Of a DNA stretch of 49,625 bases, positions 36,604 through 47,622 are shown in pieces. Source of the DNA: an uncultured bacterium (GTDB taxonomy: Bacteria > Krumholzibacteriota > Krumholzibacteriia > LZORAL124-64-63). The position numbers and the translations under genes are program-made. A model generated the notes under the pieces. The model was not told the origin of the DNA, did not search any database, and saw only the letters and a list, made by a program, of their open reading frames with translations. Location: NCBI GenBank assembly GCA_965371575.1, contig CBDUYZ010000001.1:1-49625 (forward strand). Direction: 5' to 3'. The stretch's first letter is position 1. Every line of letters starts with the position of its first letter.

Positions 36604-38045
36604 ACCCTGATCCGGCCGCGCGACTCGTGGTGGGGCTGGCAGGAACCTGGCCGACGGCCTTCGAATCCGCCTGGTTGGCTCAATGGCAGCCGTCCGGCGT
36701 CATTCTTTTTTCGCGGAACCTGGTTGATTACAAAACATTACGAGATCTCTGCAACGTTCTTCATCAACTGGTGCCCGGCCTGGAAATCATGGCCGACCAC
36801 GAGGGCGGGCCGGTTTCTCAGCTGGCTGTGGCCCTGGGCAGGCCGCCGTCCGCGTGGAGCCTTGGCGTCCTGGATGACGTGGGTTTGACGGCGCGGGTTT
36901 TCGAACAAACCGGTTGCCGCCTGCGCGAGGTCGGGATTGATCGTGTCCTGGCTCCGGTGGCCGATGTTTTGACCGAGATCCGCAATCCAGTAATCGGCGC
37001 CCGTTCCTTCGGCTCGGATTCCTCGCTGGTGACCCGGCATACGGTCGCCGCGGTCACCGGCCTTCTCGAAGCTGGAGTGAAGGTCTGCCTCAAACACTGG
37101 CCGGGCCACGGGGGCAGTAGCGGTGACAGCCATCTCAAGGAAACCGCGGTTAGCCTGGGCGCTCTCCCGGCTCCTTTCGAAAGCGGGCTGACCGCGGGCG
37201 CGGACGCGGTGATGGTCGGTCATCTGCTCATTGAGCGTGGGCAGGATGAAGCTCCCGCCCTTCCGGTGACCCTGGATCGGGAATTCATTTCCGACTCCAG
37301 GCGGCAACTAGGGCCCGGGCATGTCGAAAATCTGCTCTTCTTCGCCGACGACATCACCATGGGCGCCCTGGGTCCGGCCATGAAGCGCCTGGGCGTCCAA
37401 GTGCCGGAAACCCAGGAGACGGGTTTGTTCGACCCCGGATCGCTGCCGGCAGCCTGGTTTGAACGGCTGGCCGACGCCGGTTGCGACCGGCTGCTGATCA
37501 GGGGCATTCCCGGGACGGCGTTTCCCTTGGCGGGGGAGCCGGGCAGTTCGGAAGCCCGGGCGGAGCCGGAAGCGCCCCAGGTTCCCGAGTTCTCCGCAGG
37601 GCCCTATGCCGAGGCGAGACGACGTCTATGGGCGCCGATCGGGGCGGGCTTCGTGGACCCGGACGCCGACTTGTTGTGGCTGGATTTCTCGCGCAATGAT
37701 CGTTGGGGGGCCGCAGCGGGTCAAAATGCAGGGATCCGGGCTGGCGGTGTCCTGGACGCCCTCCAGGTCCGTCTTTCCCGGATGTTCCGTTCGGTCAGTC
37801 CGGCTGCCGACCCTCCTATATCTGGACGGCCCTGGAGTCGCCTGCTGGTTTCATCCCACCGTCCTTTACCGGAAATGGAAGACCTTGCGGTCGACCTGTC
37901 ATCCCGGGGCGTCTGTCTCGCACTGGGCCACCCCTCGCTCAAGACCCATTTGGAAGGTCGATTGGGGATGGGCTGGAAGGTCGAGGCCTTGTACGATATC
38001 GCCCCGGAGGACCTGTTCTGTGGCTCCGAGGAGCCGGAACATTAA
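36600..38045 (+). CDS. nagZ: glycoside hydrolase family 3 N-terminal domain protein (NagZ-like beta-N-acetylhexosaminidase) with uncharacterised C-terminal half
   Basis: ATG 36600 overlaps the SpoIID stop (ATGA). Motifs GVILFSRN, DHEGGPVSQL, LAPVADV...NPVIGARSFG and KHWPGHGGSSGDSH are present. Confidence 0.65.
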   Translation: MNPDPAARLVVGLAGTWPTAFESAWLAQWQPSGVILFSRNLVDYKTLRDLCNVLHQLVPGLEIMADHEGGPVSQLAVALGRPPSAWSLGVLDDVGLTARVFEQTGCRLREVGIDRVLAPVADVLTEIRNPVIGARSFGSDSSLVTRHTVAAVTGLLEAGVKVCLKHWPGHGGSSGDSHLKETAVSLGALPAPFESGLTAGADAVMVGHLLIERGQDEAPALPVTLDREFISDSRRQLGPGHVENLLFFADDITMGALGPAMKRLGVQVPETQETGLFDPGSLPAAWFERLADAGCDRLLIRGIPGTAFPLAGEPGSSEARAEPEAPQVPEFSAGPYAEARRRLWAPIGAGFVDPDADLLWLDFSRNDRWGAAAGQNAGIRAGGVLDALQVRLSRMFRSVSPAADPPISGRPWSRLLVSSHRPLPEMEDLAVDLSSRGVCLALGHPSLKTHLEGRLGMGWKVEALYDIAPEDLFCGSEEPEH

Positions 38046-38046
38046 T

Positions 38047-38075
38047 TTGACATGGTTCAAAGCTGCCGCTATATT
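38047..38075 (+). promoter_or_regulatory. sigma70-type promoter of tRNA-Asp
   Basis: TTGACA (38047-52), a 17-nt spacer, then TATATT (38070-75). The tRNA 5' end lies 23 nt downstream. Confidence 0.6.
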
Positions 38076-38097
38076 GCCAACTCTTTCGGGTCCAGGC

Positions 38098-38175
38098 GGG
38101 GGCGTAGTTCAGTTTGGTTAGAACGCCGGCCTGTCAAGCCGGAGGTCGCGAGTTCAAGTCTCGTCGCTCCCGCCA
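38098..38175 (+). tRNA. tRNA-Asp (anticodon GUC), CCA encoded
   Basis: Manual cloverleaf: acceptor GGGGGCG/CGCUCCC (one G.U), D arm GUUC-AGUUUGGUUA-GAAC, anticodon arm CCGGC-CUGUCAA-GCCGG, variable loop AGGUC, T arm GCGAG-UUCAAGU-CUCGU, discriminator G plus CCA. Total 78 nt. Confidence 0.95.
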
Positions 38176-38181
38176 TACATC

Positions 38182-38209
38182 AACCGCGGCTTTTGTCGCG
38201 GTTTTTTTT
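38182..38209 (+). terminator. intrinsic terminator after tRNA-Asp
   Basis: Stem AACCGCG / CGCGGTT with an 8-nt loop, running into a T8 tract. Confidence 0.8.
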
Positions 38210-38258
38210 GGTCCTCGGATCCGGACGTCGTTGTTATCCCCCAGCCAAGGAGTCCGCC

Positions 38259-40007
<1,749 letters not shown>

Positions 40008-40041
40008 AGGGCAAGGGGCAGGAAAATCGGCGGGTGTGGGA

Positions 40042-40060
40042 CGGGATCATGCGGATCCCG
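40042..40060. terminator. hairpin between convergent genes (possible bidirectional terminator)
   Basis: Stem CGGGATC / GATCCCG with loop ATGCG, flanked by G-rich and C-rich runs. There is no strong T-tract. Confidence 0.35.
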
Positions 40061-40074
40061 CCCCTTTCAAGGGT

Positions 40075-41319
40075 CTACTCGGGGAAAACCCTGGTCAGCA
40101 TGGCGTACAGTTTGTTGAATATGTCCGGGTCCAGGGGCGGTACGGTCTGGAAAAGTTCGCTGCCGAGGGCTCCCGGCACGGGAACCGGCACCGGATTCAA
40201 GGAGGCTGCTTCCTGATAGGCCGCCAGGAAAGAGGGAACCGAACGACTCACGGCCCGGAGGCGCTCTTCGCCAAGATGGGCGGCGATCACCGCTGACATA
40301 CCGTATCCGGCCCTAACGAAGGAGCCGCCAACCGCCAGTAGTCTGGTGAAAGCCAAACCGTTCTCGGCCATCCTGTCCTCATCATCCAACATGGGACCCA
40401 GTTGACTATTGAACAGGGCGATCGTCTCCTGGGTCTCCAGGAAGAAATCTTCCGGGACGAGCGCGATCCTGTCCAGGGCGGGATGCCTTGTGTCGAAATC
40501 GAGGTCGACGATCTGTTCGATCCATCCGGCGAGACCCTCGTTCATCATCACCCGTAAGGAGTGGGCGACCGCTTCGGCGCCTTCCTGTTTCATGGGGATG
40601 GGTCCCGGCACGAACTGGTAATTGCGGTAGAGGAGTGAAGCCATCTGGCGGATGACCTGATCTACGCTGCTGGCGCCCACTATCCCGGTGTCGACCAGGA
40701 GGGAACCTTCGAAGATCCGGATTTCCGTCTTGGCCGGCAGGAAAAGGATGGTCAAGGTCTGGGGCAACAGGCCGGGTTCGACCCAGAGGCGCGCCAGGTC
40801 TGCGACTTCGCATTTCCGGGGGCCGGTCAGTTCGGCCAGCCGTTTGTCGATGAGGTCCCGATGGCCCAGGCTGTAGCGGTAACTGCGCATCAAGATGCTG
40901 CGGTCGGTGTTCGACTTCTGTTTTCCCTCGTGGCCCAGCTCTTTCCAGAAGGTTCCTTCCAGCCAGTTGCCCAGGCGCTGGGCGGAGGGGACACGGGGTT
41001 GCTGGGTATTGCGCCAAATGGTTACCGTCGGCAGGTCACCGAAGGCATCCAGCTCCTCTTTGGTCACGTCCGCCCCGGCGGCGATCCGGTCCGCCACTAC
41101 CTTGAGGGCCGTCCAGGCGCTGGTATCGGTGATCACGGCGCAATCTGCAGCCGGGTCCGCCGCTTGCGCGGACGACTTTTCGCCCGTGCCGGCATCCTGC
41201 GAGCAGGCGGTAACGGCCAGGATCGGAATGACCAACAGCAGAAGGATCAGGACTTTCCGGTGGAACGGGATGCAGCCGGAGGCGGCCACATTGTGGCGAA
41301 CCGAGTCTTGGGTTATCAT
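40075..41319 (-). CDS. hypothetical lipoprotein
   Basis: Lipobox ILAVTA|C after the hydrophobic leader KVLILLLLVIPI. The start is ambiguous: ATG 41319, TTG 41325 (8 nt after AGGAGA) or GTG 41355. I can assign no family from the sequence alone. Confidence 0.6.
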   Translation of the reverse strand: MITQDSVRHNVAASGCIPFHRKVLILLLLVIPILAVTACSQDAGTGEKSSAQAADPAADCAVITDTSAWTALKVVADRIAAGADVTKEELDAFGDLPTVTIWRNTQQPRVPSAQRLGNWLEGTFWKELGHEGKQKSNTDRSILMRSYRYSLGHRDLIDKRLAELTGPRKCEVADLARLWVEPGLLPQTLTILFLPAKTEIRIFEGSLLVDTGIVGASSVDQVIRQMASLLYRNYQFVPGPIPMKQEGAEAVAHSLRVMMNEGLAGWIEQIVDLDFDTRHPALDRIALVPEDFFLETQETIALFNSQLGPMLDDEDRMAENGLAFTRLLAVGGSFVRAGYGMSAVIAAHLGEERLRAVSRSVPSFLAAYQEAASLNPVPVPVPGALGSELFQTVPPLDPDIFNKLYAMLTRVFPE

Positions 41320-41390
41320 TCGCAATTCGGTAATTCTCCTTTGAATCCATCCCACCAGGGATCGGCTACGGAACCGGCCGGGAAAACAAC

Positions 41391-42053
41391 ATGCTTCTGA
41401 TCAACGAAATATATACCGCTATCTGCGGGGAGTCACGTTTCATAGGGCGTCCCTGCACCCTGGTGAGGTTGACGGGATGCCATATCCGCTGTGTCTGGTG
41501 CGATTCGGAACATTCTTTTACCGAGGGTCGCTCCCTGAGCGTAAATGAGATCCTGACTGAGATCCAAAGCCTTGGCTTCCCCACGGTTCTGGTGACGGGA
41601 GGCGAACCTCTGCTGCAGGCCGAGATTGTGGATCTCCTGGCTGCTCTCCTGGACGATTGTCGCACGGTCCTGCTGGAAACCAGCGGCGCCCTCGGCCATG
41701 CTAAACTCGTTCCTCTCGGAGATGTTCCCGCAGGCGTGCATCGGATAGTCGACATCAAGGCGCCCGGGAGCGGCATACCCGCCGAATTCATCGACTGGGA
41801 GGGGATTGCCGGCCTGGGTTCCGGAGATGAAGTCAAGATCGTTTGCGTGGACAGGAACGATTACAAGTGGGCTCGGGAACTGGTTCGGGCCGGTGACCGG
41901 ATCCCGGCCGAGGCCGTGGTCACCTTTTCACCGGTCCAGGAGAAATTGCCTCCCCGGGACCTGGCGGAATGGATTCTGGCCGACGGTCTGGATGTCTGTT
42001 TCCAGATCCAGCTGCACCGGGCCGTCTGGCCTGAAATCGACCGGGGGGTCTGA
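41391..42053 (+). CDS. queE: 7-carboxy-7-deazaguanine synthase (radical SAM)
   Basis: The N-terminal INEIYTAICGES...GRPCTLVRLTGCHIRCVWCDSEH carries the QueE-type CX3CX2C cluster with a GES motif. The gene is adjacent to queC. Confidence 0.85.
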   Translation: MLLINEIYTAICGESRFIGRPCTLVRLTGCHIRCVWCDSEHSFTEGRSLSVNEILTEIQSLGFPTVLVTGGEPLLQAEIVDLLAALLDDCRTVLLETSGALGHAKLVPLGDVPAGVHRIVDIKAPGSGIPAEFIDWEGIAGLGSGDEVKIVCVDRNDYKWARELVRAGDRIPAEAVVTFSPVQEKLPPRDLAEWILADGLDVCFQIQLHRAVWPEIDRGV

Positions 42054-42054
42054 G

Positions 42055-42768
42055 TTGGCCGATCCGTCGCACAAGAATGCAGGGGAGAGGCATACCCGGC
42101 CCCTGGCCGTGGTCCTGGCCAGCGGCGGCCTTGACTCGACCGTGTGTCTGGCCGAGGCGGTGCGCCGGTTCGAGGTCGCCCTTCTGCACATCAACTACGG
42201 TCAGCGCACCGAAGCCAGGGAGCTGCGGGCCTTCCGGGATCTGGCGGACCATTACGGAATCACCCGGCGGCTGGTGGCGGACATCTCCTATCTCAAGAAA
42301 ATCGGTGGTTCCTCCCTGGTGGACGACCGGCTGCGGGTGGAGACGGGTCTGCCGGCCGGAGATGGGACGATACCCTCGACCTATGTCCCCTTTCGGAACG
42401 CCCACATACTGTGCGTTGGGGTTTCCTGGGCCGAGATCATCGGTGCCGAGGCGCTGTTCATCGGGGTGGTGGAGGAGGACAGCAGCGGCTATCCCGACTG
42501 CCGCGAGGAATTCTACCGTTTATTCGGCGCGGTCGTCGATGCGGGAACCAGACCCGAAACGAACATCACCATCCGGACCCCGTTGATCAGGCTGGACAAG
42601 GCGGCCATCGTTCGCCGGGGCGTCGAACTGGATGTGCCCCTGCACCTTACCTGGTCCTGCTACACCGACTCCGAGGAAGCCTGTGGCGTTTGCGAGAGCT
42701 GCCGGCTGCGCCTGCGCGGGTTCGCCCAGGCCGGCTTGAAGGATCCTATTCCATACCGTCGTTCGTAG
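42055..42768 (+). CDS. queC: 7-cyano-7-deazaguanine synthase
   Basis: The only plausible start is TTG 42055, directly after the queE stop. Motifs: AVVLASGGLDS (PP-loop), YGQR, YVPFRN, and the C-terminal zinc site WSCY....CGVCESCRLR. Confidence 0.85.
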   Translation: MADPSHKNAGERHTRPLAVVLASGGLDSTVCLAEAVRRFEVALLHINYGQRTEARELRAFRDLADHYGITRRLVADISYLKKIGGSSLVDDRLRVETGLPAGDGTIPSTYVPFRNAHILCVGVSWAEIIGAEALFIGVVEEDSSGYPDCREEFYRLFGAVVDAGTRPETNITIRTPLIRLDKAAIVRRGVELDVPLHLTWSCYTDSEEACGVCESCRLRLRGFAQAGLKDPIPYRRS

Positions 42769-43699
42769 CGAAGCTGGAAAAATCGTAATCCTGATAAGCG
42801 TTGCAGCGACTGCACAGATTCAGCAGATCACGCCGACCGTCATCCAGTGTGGCCCGCATGCACTGCACGGCGTAGCTCTCCCAGATCTCCCCCACCGACT
42901 GGTCGTTGACGTTGCCGATGACCGCCCGCTCATGGACGTCCCAGCAGCAGATTGTTGCGTTGCCGTTGGTGTAGAAGAACATCTCGTCCAGGATCTTGAG
43001 ACAGGGCTTGAGCACCACGTCTTCGCGTTTTTGTCCGGTCCAGGGCCACTGATACATGGCGGTAATCAGGACCTCGTTGCAAAGGGGACCCCAATAATCC
43101 CGGTAGGCTTCCACCTCGTGCTTGTTTTCGGGAACCTCGATCATGCGTAGCTCGGTGAACACCTTGTCCCGGTAGCCGCCTTCGTCCCACAACTCGAGGA
43201 AGCGCCGGGTTCTTTCCATCACTTTGGTGAAATCGATGCCTATGCGCGAAGGCTCATAGGTTTCGCGACTGAACCCGTCGATGGAAAAACGCATGATGTC
43301 CACGCCGGCTTCCAGCAGTTCGACGGACAGTTTCTCGGTCATGAGTTCGCCGTTGGTGTTGAATTCCACCCGGGCGGTGGGATCATTGTCCTTGATGTAG
43401 CGTACGATCTCGGGCATACGGTTGTCCACGAACGGTTCGTTGGTCAGGAACGGCCGGTAGGTGATCCCCCAGCCGCGGGTGTCTGCGACGATCTTCCGCC
43501 AGGTCTCGGTCGGCATGCGCGCGGGATCCCGCACAATCTCGTTCTGGGGACAGAAGGGGCACTTGGCGTTACACTTGGTCACGGTTTCCATCTGGATGAA
43601 CTTGGGCTTCGCGGTGTAGGGCATATGCCACCGCGCACCCGCCTCGTTGCTGGACAGCGGATCTTTGGTGGGAAGTTGGTCTGCCTGTTCCGGTCGCAT
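42746..43699 (-). CDS. radical SAM / SPASM-domain protein
   Basis: ATG 43699 lies 7 nt after GGAGG. The cluster motif is METVTKCNAKCPFCPQ (CX3CX2C). The Cys-rich C-terminal region is CLKILDEMFFYTNGNATICCWD...LCSRCNAY (SPASM/twitch-like). It is the last gene of the minus-strand GT9-waaA operon, and its 3' end overlaps queC convergently by 23 nt. Confidence 0.75.
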   Translation of the reverse strand: MRPEQADQLPTKDPLSSNEAGARWHMPYTAKPKFIQMETVTKCNAKCPFCPQNEIVRDPARMPTETWRKIVADTRGWGITYRPFLTNEPFVDNRMPEIVRYIKDNDPTARVEFNTNGELMTEKLSVELLEAGVDIMRFSIDGFSRETYEPSRIGIDFTKVMERTRRFLELWDEGGYRDKVFTELRMIEVPENKHEVEAYRDYWGPLCNEVLITAMYQWPWTGQKREDVVLKPCLKILDEMFFYTNGNATICCWDVHERAVIGNVNDQSVGEIWESYAVQCMRATLDDGRRDLLNLCSRCNAYQDYDFSSFATNDGME

Positions 43700-43725
43700 C
43701 TATGTTCCTCCCATTGGGCGGCTCG

Positions 43726-45051
43726 TCAAAGGTAGGGCTTTATCATGGCCATGCTGCGTGCAGTGGCGCCCCGCTGGTCCAGAACGACCTGCCGGGCGGT
43801 TTCACCCAGGGCCTCCAGACGGGCCGGTTCCTGCAGCAGGCCGCCGGCGATAGCCAGGGCGTCGTCGGGATCTTTCAGGATGAAGCCCGCGCCACGCCGG
43901 ACCAGCAACCCCGCTTCCTCTGCGTTGTGGAAAACGGGACCGAACATCACGGGCATGCCGGCCACGGCGGGCTCCATGGTGTTGTGGACCCCCGTGGTGA
44001 AGCTGCCGCCGACGTACGTAAGATGGCCCGCCCGGTAAATCTCCGCCAGCACTCCGACTGAATCGGTGAGGATGACCCGGGCGGGATCCCCGCTGCCGCG
44101 GGGCTCGGCCATGAGCGCGGAGAGGCGGCGATGAGGGATTTCCCGGCGGTCCAGGAGGCCTTCCAGAGCCTCAAGGCGGTCCGCCGTGGGTTCGTGGGGC
44201 GTCAAGACGACCCGCAGATCGGGAAAAGATCCCAGCAACTTGCCTAGCACCGGCAGCCACAACTTCTCGTCCGGGGGCCAGGTGCTGCCCAGGATGAGCA
44301 GGCGACCGCCCAACTCCCGCAGGCGCGTAGCAGTGTCCCCGGCCTTGGCGGCCTCATAGCGGATAATCACCTGTTCCACGCGGGTGTCGCCCGTGACTGA
44401 CACCGGACATGTTACGCCCAGTCCGTCGATGAAGCGCTGACGGTCTTCTGGTGTGCAGACCCCGAGGTGGGCGAAGCGGTTGAAGACGTCCCGGAACAGG
44501 GGTCGGCCCAGGGGATTGAGTCGCGCGCTATGGGGCTGGAGGGAGCCTGCGACCAGGACCACCGGGATATCCCGATCCGCTGCCGCCACGACCTGGTTGG
44601 GCCAGCAATCGAACTTCACGAACACGAGCAGGCGTGGTTGCCAGAGATCCATCAAGCGGGCCATGTCCGCGGGATGGTCGAAGGGCAGGTAATCATGCAG
44701 ATCGGCGCAGGGGCGGGCCTTGGCGTATTCGAAGCCTGAGGGGGAAAAGTGGGTCACGGCGACCGGAGGCGATTCGGGCCCTTCCTTCACTGCGGCGATG
44801 ATCGGCCGGGCCTGTTCGTACTCGCCCACTGAGGTGACGTGGAACCAGATTCCGCCCCGCACCAGGGCGGCGCCCGCGGTCAACCGGTCCATCAAACCCC
44901 GCCTGCCGGCGATGCCCTTGGCCAGTTTTGGTGACAGAGGCCCGGCCAGCCGGGTCGCTGCGCACAGGGCGGGGCCCAGTCCGCGGTAGAGACCGAGCAG
45001 GAAGCCGGTCCGGACCTTCTGCGCGGAACGATCGGATTCACGCTGAGTCAT
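43726..45051 (-). CDS. waaA: 3-deoxy-D-manno-octulosonic acid (Kdo) transferase
   Basis: ATG 45051 follows GGAGG and overlaps the stop of the upstream GT9 gene (ATGA). Motifs IWFHVTSVGEYEQARPII, and the C-terminal GGSF...GVHNTMEPA..G.PV..GP....F. Confidence 0.85.
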   Translation of the reverse strand: MTQRESDRSAQKVRTGFLLGLYRGLGPALCAATRLAGPLSPKLAKGIAGRRGLMDRLTAGAALVRGGIWFHVTSVGEYEQARPIIAAVKEGPESPPVAVTHFSPSGFEYAKARPCADLHDYLPFDHPADMARLMDLWQPRLLVFVKFDCWPNQVVAAADRDIPVVLVAGSLQPHSARLNPLGRPLFRDVFNRFAHLGVCTPEDRQRFIDGLGVTCPVSVTGDTRVEQVIIRYEAAKAGDTATRLRELGGRLLILGSTWPPDEKLWLPVLGKLLGSFPDLRVVLTPHEPTADRLEALEGLLDRREIPHRRLSALMAEPRGSGDPARVILTDSVGVLAEIYRAGHLTYVGGSFTTGVHNTMEPAVAGMPVMFGPVFHNAEEAGLLVRRGAGFILKDPDDALAIAGGLLQEPARLEALGETARQVVLDQRGATARSMAMIKPYL

Positions 45052-46100
45052 CGATCCTCCCTCATGGTGCTCAGGGTGGCGTTGGCTTCGGCCGGCGTAA
45101 TGTCCCGGAGGCAGGCCAGATCCCCCCGGTGACAGGATCGCTTGCCGTTGCGGGAGCAGGGCCGGCAATCCAGAGGTCGTTCCAGCACCCTGCTGCCGGC
45201 CAGCACCGGGTAGTAGCCGAATTCCCGGACAGTCGGTCCGAATATGGCCAGGACGGGCGTGCCAACCGCTTCGGCTAGGTGCAGCAGGCCGCTGTCGTTG
45301 GTCACCAATCGGCTACATCCGGACAGAAGGGCCGCCACCTCGGTCAGGGGGCGGCCGCGGATGATCTCCGTCCGTCCGCTGCTGCGGGCGGTCCCTTCCA
45401 GGGGTCCGCCGCCGAACCAGTTTTCCTCGCGGGGGCCCAGGAAGATCCGGACGGGGCCGGGATGGTCCCGCAGATGCATGCGCAGCAAGGCGACGAAATG
45501 CTCTTCGGGCCACCGCTTGGTATCCCACTGGGCGCCGGGGGCGAGTCCCAGGATATTCGGCAAGGGCTGACTGGTCGGAGCTGTTGCCAGGGAGGCCAGT
45601 GGGGGGAGGGTTTCGCCCCTGCTGTGCTGGCCGGTGGCCGGACCGGCGGTCAACTCTTCGAAACGGTCGTGCATTGTACGATCCAGCCTGTCGGTACGGT
45701 ATCCGAATCCCAGGAAGGCCAGCCGGGCGGCGGTGTCTTTGGCCAGCCGCCGATGCGGCCGACGCCCCATCATTCCCCAAAGCAGATGGCTCCGCAGGAT
45801 GTTGTGGGCGTCGATGATCAGGTCCCAGGGGCTGCCGCGCAATTCACCGGCCAACCGGACCAAGCCACCGGCGCCGGCGTCAGGCAAGGAAATCACCCGC
45901 TGGATTCCGCGCACGTGCTTCATCAGGGGGGCGAAGGCGGGTTTGGTCACCAGAGTCACCCGACGGTCCTTGCGGCCCGCCCGATCGCCCAGGCGGGCCA
46001 TGGCCCAGCCCAGCAGGCACAGGTCGCCAAGAGAACCGAAACGGACAACCAGGATGTCGCGCGGATCGTCCGATGAGGAATGCGGTTGGCTGACTGACAT
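45048..46100 (-). CDS. glycosyltransferase family 9 (LPS heptosyltransferase-type)
   Basis: ILVVRFGSLGDLCLL, ...GPRE, LVTNDSGLLHLAEAVGTPVLAIFGPT, and a C-terminal CRPCSRNGKRSCHRGDLACL. Confidence 0.8.
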   Translation of the reverse strand: MSVSQPHSSSDDPRDILVVRFGSLGDLCLLGWAMARLGDRAGRKDRRVTLVTKPAFAPLMKHVRGIQRVISLPDAGAGGLVRLAGELRGSPWDLIIDAHNILRSHLLWGMMGRRPHRRLAKDTAARLAFLGFGYRTDRLDRTMHDRFEELTAGPATGQHSRGETLPPLASLATAPTSQPLPNILGLAPGAQWDTKRWPEEHFVALLRMHLRDHPGPVRIFLGPREENWFGGGPLEGTARSSGRTEIIRGRPLTEVAALLSGCSRLVTNDSGLLHLAEAVGTPVLAIFGPTVREFGYYPVLAGSRVLERPLDCRPCSRNGKRSCHRGDLACLRDITPAEANATLSTMREDR

Positions 46101-46344
46101 GAAACCTTTCCAATAAAATCCCGGGACGGTTGCAACTGCCTACTGACCCGGATTATTCTCTCGCCACGCCGGGAGTGTAGCGAGCAAAATATTCCAGGCT
46201 GGGAATTCCCCCCCCCAATGTTATCGGGAAAACTATATTCCTACCGGGTAAATAACCGCCGATGGCCTTGCCCGCGGGACGGTAAAAAGGTAACATCCAA
46301 ACAATGATCGGCCCCATGAGAGGGGCCGACAGGTTCACCCCGGC

Positions 46345-47622
46345 GTGGAGACCCTATTTTTGGATCTGCTGCTGCTCCTCGTTCTCTTGGGATTGTCCGC
46401 CGTATTCTCCGGATCGGAAACCGCTTTTTTTTCCCTGGGGCCGGTGGATCTCGCCCGCATGGAAAAGGAAGGTTCCCGTGCCGGTCGGCGAGTGATCTCT
46501 CTGCTGGCCCGCTCCCATGACCTGCTTTCCGCTCTTTTGATCGGCAACCTGCTGGTGAATATCGCTGCCGGCGTGGTGGCCACCAGCCTGTGCCTGCATT
46601 GGTTCGGACCGAGAGGGGTAGTGGTGGCGGTGCCGGCTACGACCATGGCACTGCTTCTGCTGGGAGAGATCACGCCCAAGATGCTTGCCCTGCGTTTCCG
46701 GCAGAGGGTGTCTATGCTGGCCCAGGTGCCTGTGGGGGCCTGGTTGACGGCGACCGGTCCCGTTTTGAGGATAATCGGCGGGCTGGTCGAGGCCCTGATC
46801 GACAGCCTGCCGTTCGAACGCACAGGCTCCAGGAACCTGACGACCGCGGAACTCCGGACCGCCTGCGACCTGGCCGTGGAGGACGGAACCCTGACCGAAA
46901 CCGAAGGCCGGGCCCTGGCTCGGCTCCTCCAACTGGAGGATCTCGAGGTGTCCCACATCATGACGCCCAGGATTTCGGTGGTGGCCATGCGGAAGGACAT
47001 GTCATTGCTGCAGGTGTTGGCCACCGCCCGCCGCGCCGGTTTCAATCGCTACCCGGTCCTGGACGCCGACGGAGGCCGCCCGGTGGGACTGTTCCATCTG
47101 AAGGATCTCTTGGCCTGGACCCCGGTGCCGGTCCGTCCGCTGCAGGAGGAACTGCGCGAACTCCTGTTCGTGCCGGAAAGCAAGGATGTGGCCGCCCTGC
47201 TGACCCATATGCGCGACGGAAAGACCCATCTGGCGGCCGTGGTGGATGAACACGGCGACTTCACCGGAATCGTGACCCTGGCCGATTGTCTGCAGGCTCT
47301 CATGGGCCCGGTTGCGGACATAATGGACAGGACCCAGGAGATGATCCCGCTCGGTGACGGCCGCTGGATCATCAGCGGGCGGACTGACCTGCGGGAACTG
47401 GAGGAGAACTGCGGGATCAGCCTGCCGCCCAGCCGGGATTACGTGACCGTAACCGGCTTCCTGATGACCAGCCTGGGCCGGGTTCTGCAACCGGGCGACA
47501 AGGTGACCCTCCCGACGGCGCGGCTGTCCGTTCTGGATATGACCGGCCATACGGTGGATCGCATCCAGGTGACCCTGTTGGCTGACCAACGGGTCGCGAC
47601 CACCCTGCGAGGTGAGCCGTGA
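46345..47622 (+). CDS. CNNM/CorB-family (DUF21-CBS-CorC_HlyC) transporter-associated protein
   Basis: GTG start. The DUF21 TM region has FSGSETAFFSL, followed by a CBS pair (IMTPRISVV...) and a C-terminal CorC/HlyC-like domain. Confidence 0.85.
   Translation: METLFLDLLLLLVLLGLSAVFSGSETAFFSLGPVDLARMEKEGSRAGRRVISLLARSHDLLSALLIGNLLVNIAAGVVATSLCLHWFGPRGVVVAVPATTMALLLLGEITPKMLALRFRQRVSMLAQVPVGAWLTATGPVLRIIGGLVEALIDSLPFERTGSRNLTTAELRTACDLAVEDGTLTETEGRALARLLQLEDLEVSHIMTPRISVVAMRKDMSLLQVLATARRAGFNRYPVLDADGGRPVGLFHLKDLLAWTPVPVRPLQEELRELLFVPESKDVAALLTHMRDGKTHLAAVVDEHGDFTGIVTLADCLQALMGPVADIMDRTQEMIPLGDGRWIISGRTDLRELEENCGISLPPSRDYVTVTGFLMTSLGRVLQPGDKVTLPTARLSVLDMTGHTVDRIQVTLLADQRVATTLRGEP

Noticed and set aside
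38052-38258. N-terminal extension of the M49-like ORF (track start 38052).
   Set aside because: The extension runs straight through tRNA-Asp and its terminator. ATG 38259, with an AAGGAG RBS and a hydrophobic leader, is the credible start.
46160-46344. yybP-ykoY (Mn) or M-box riboswitch upstream of the CNNM genes.
   Set aside because: There is only a loose resemblance (GGGAGUGUAGC versus the conserved GGGGAGUAG-type element) and one hairpin. I cannot reconstruct the multi-helix architecture by eye.
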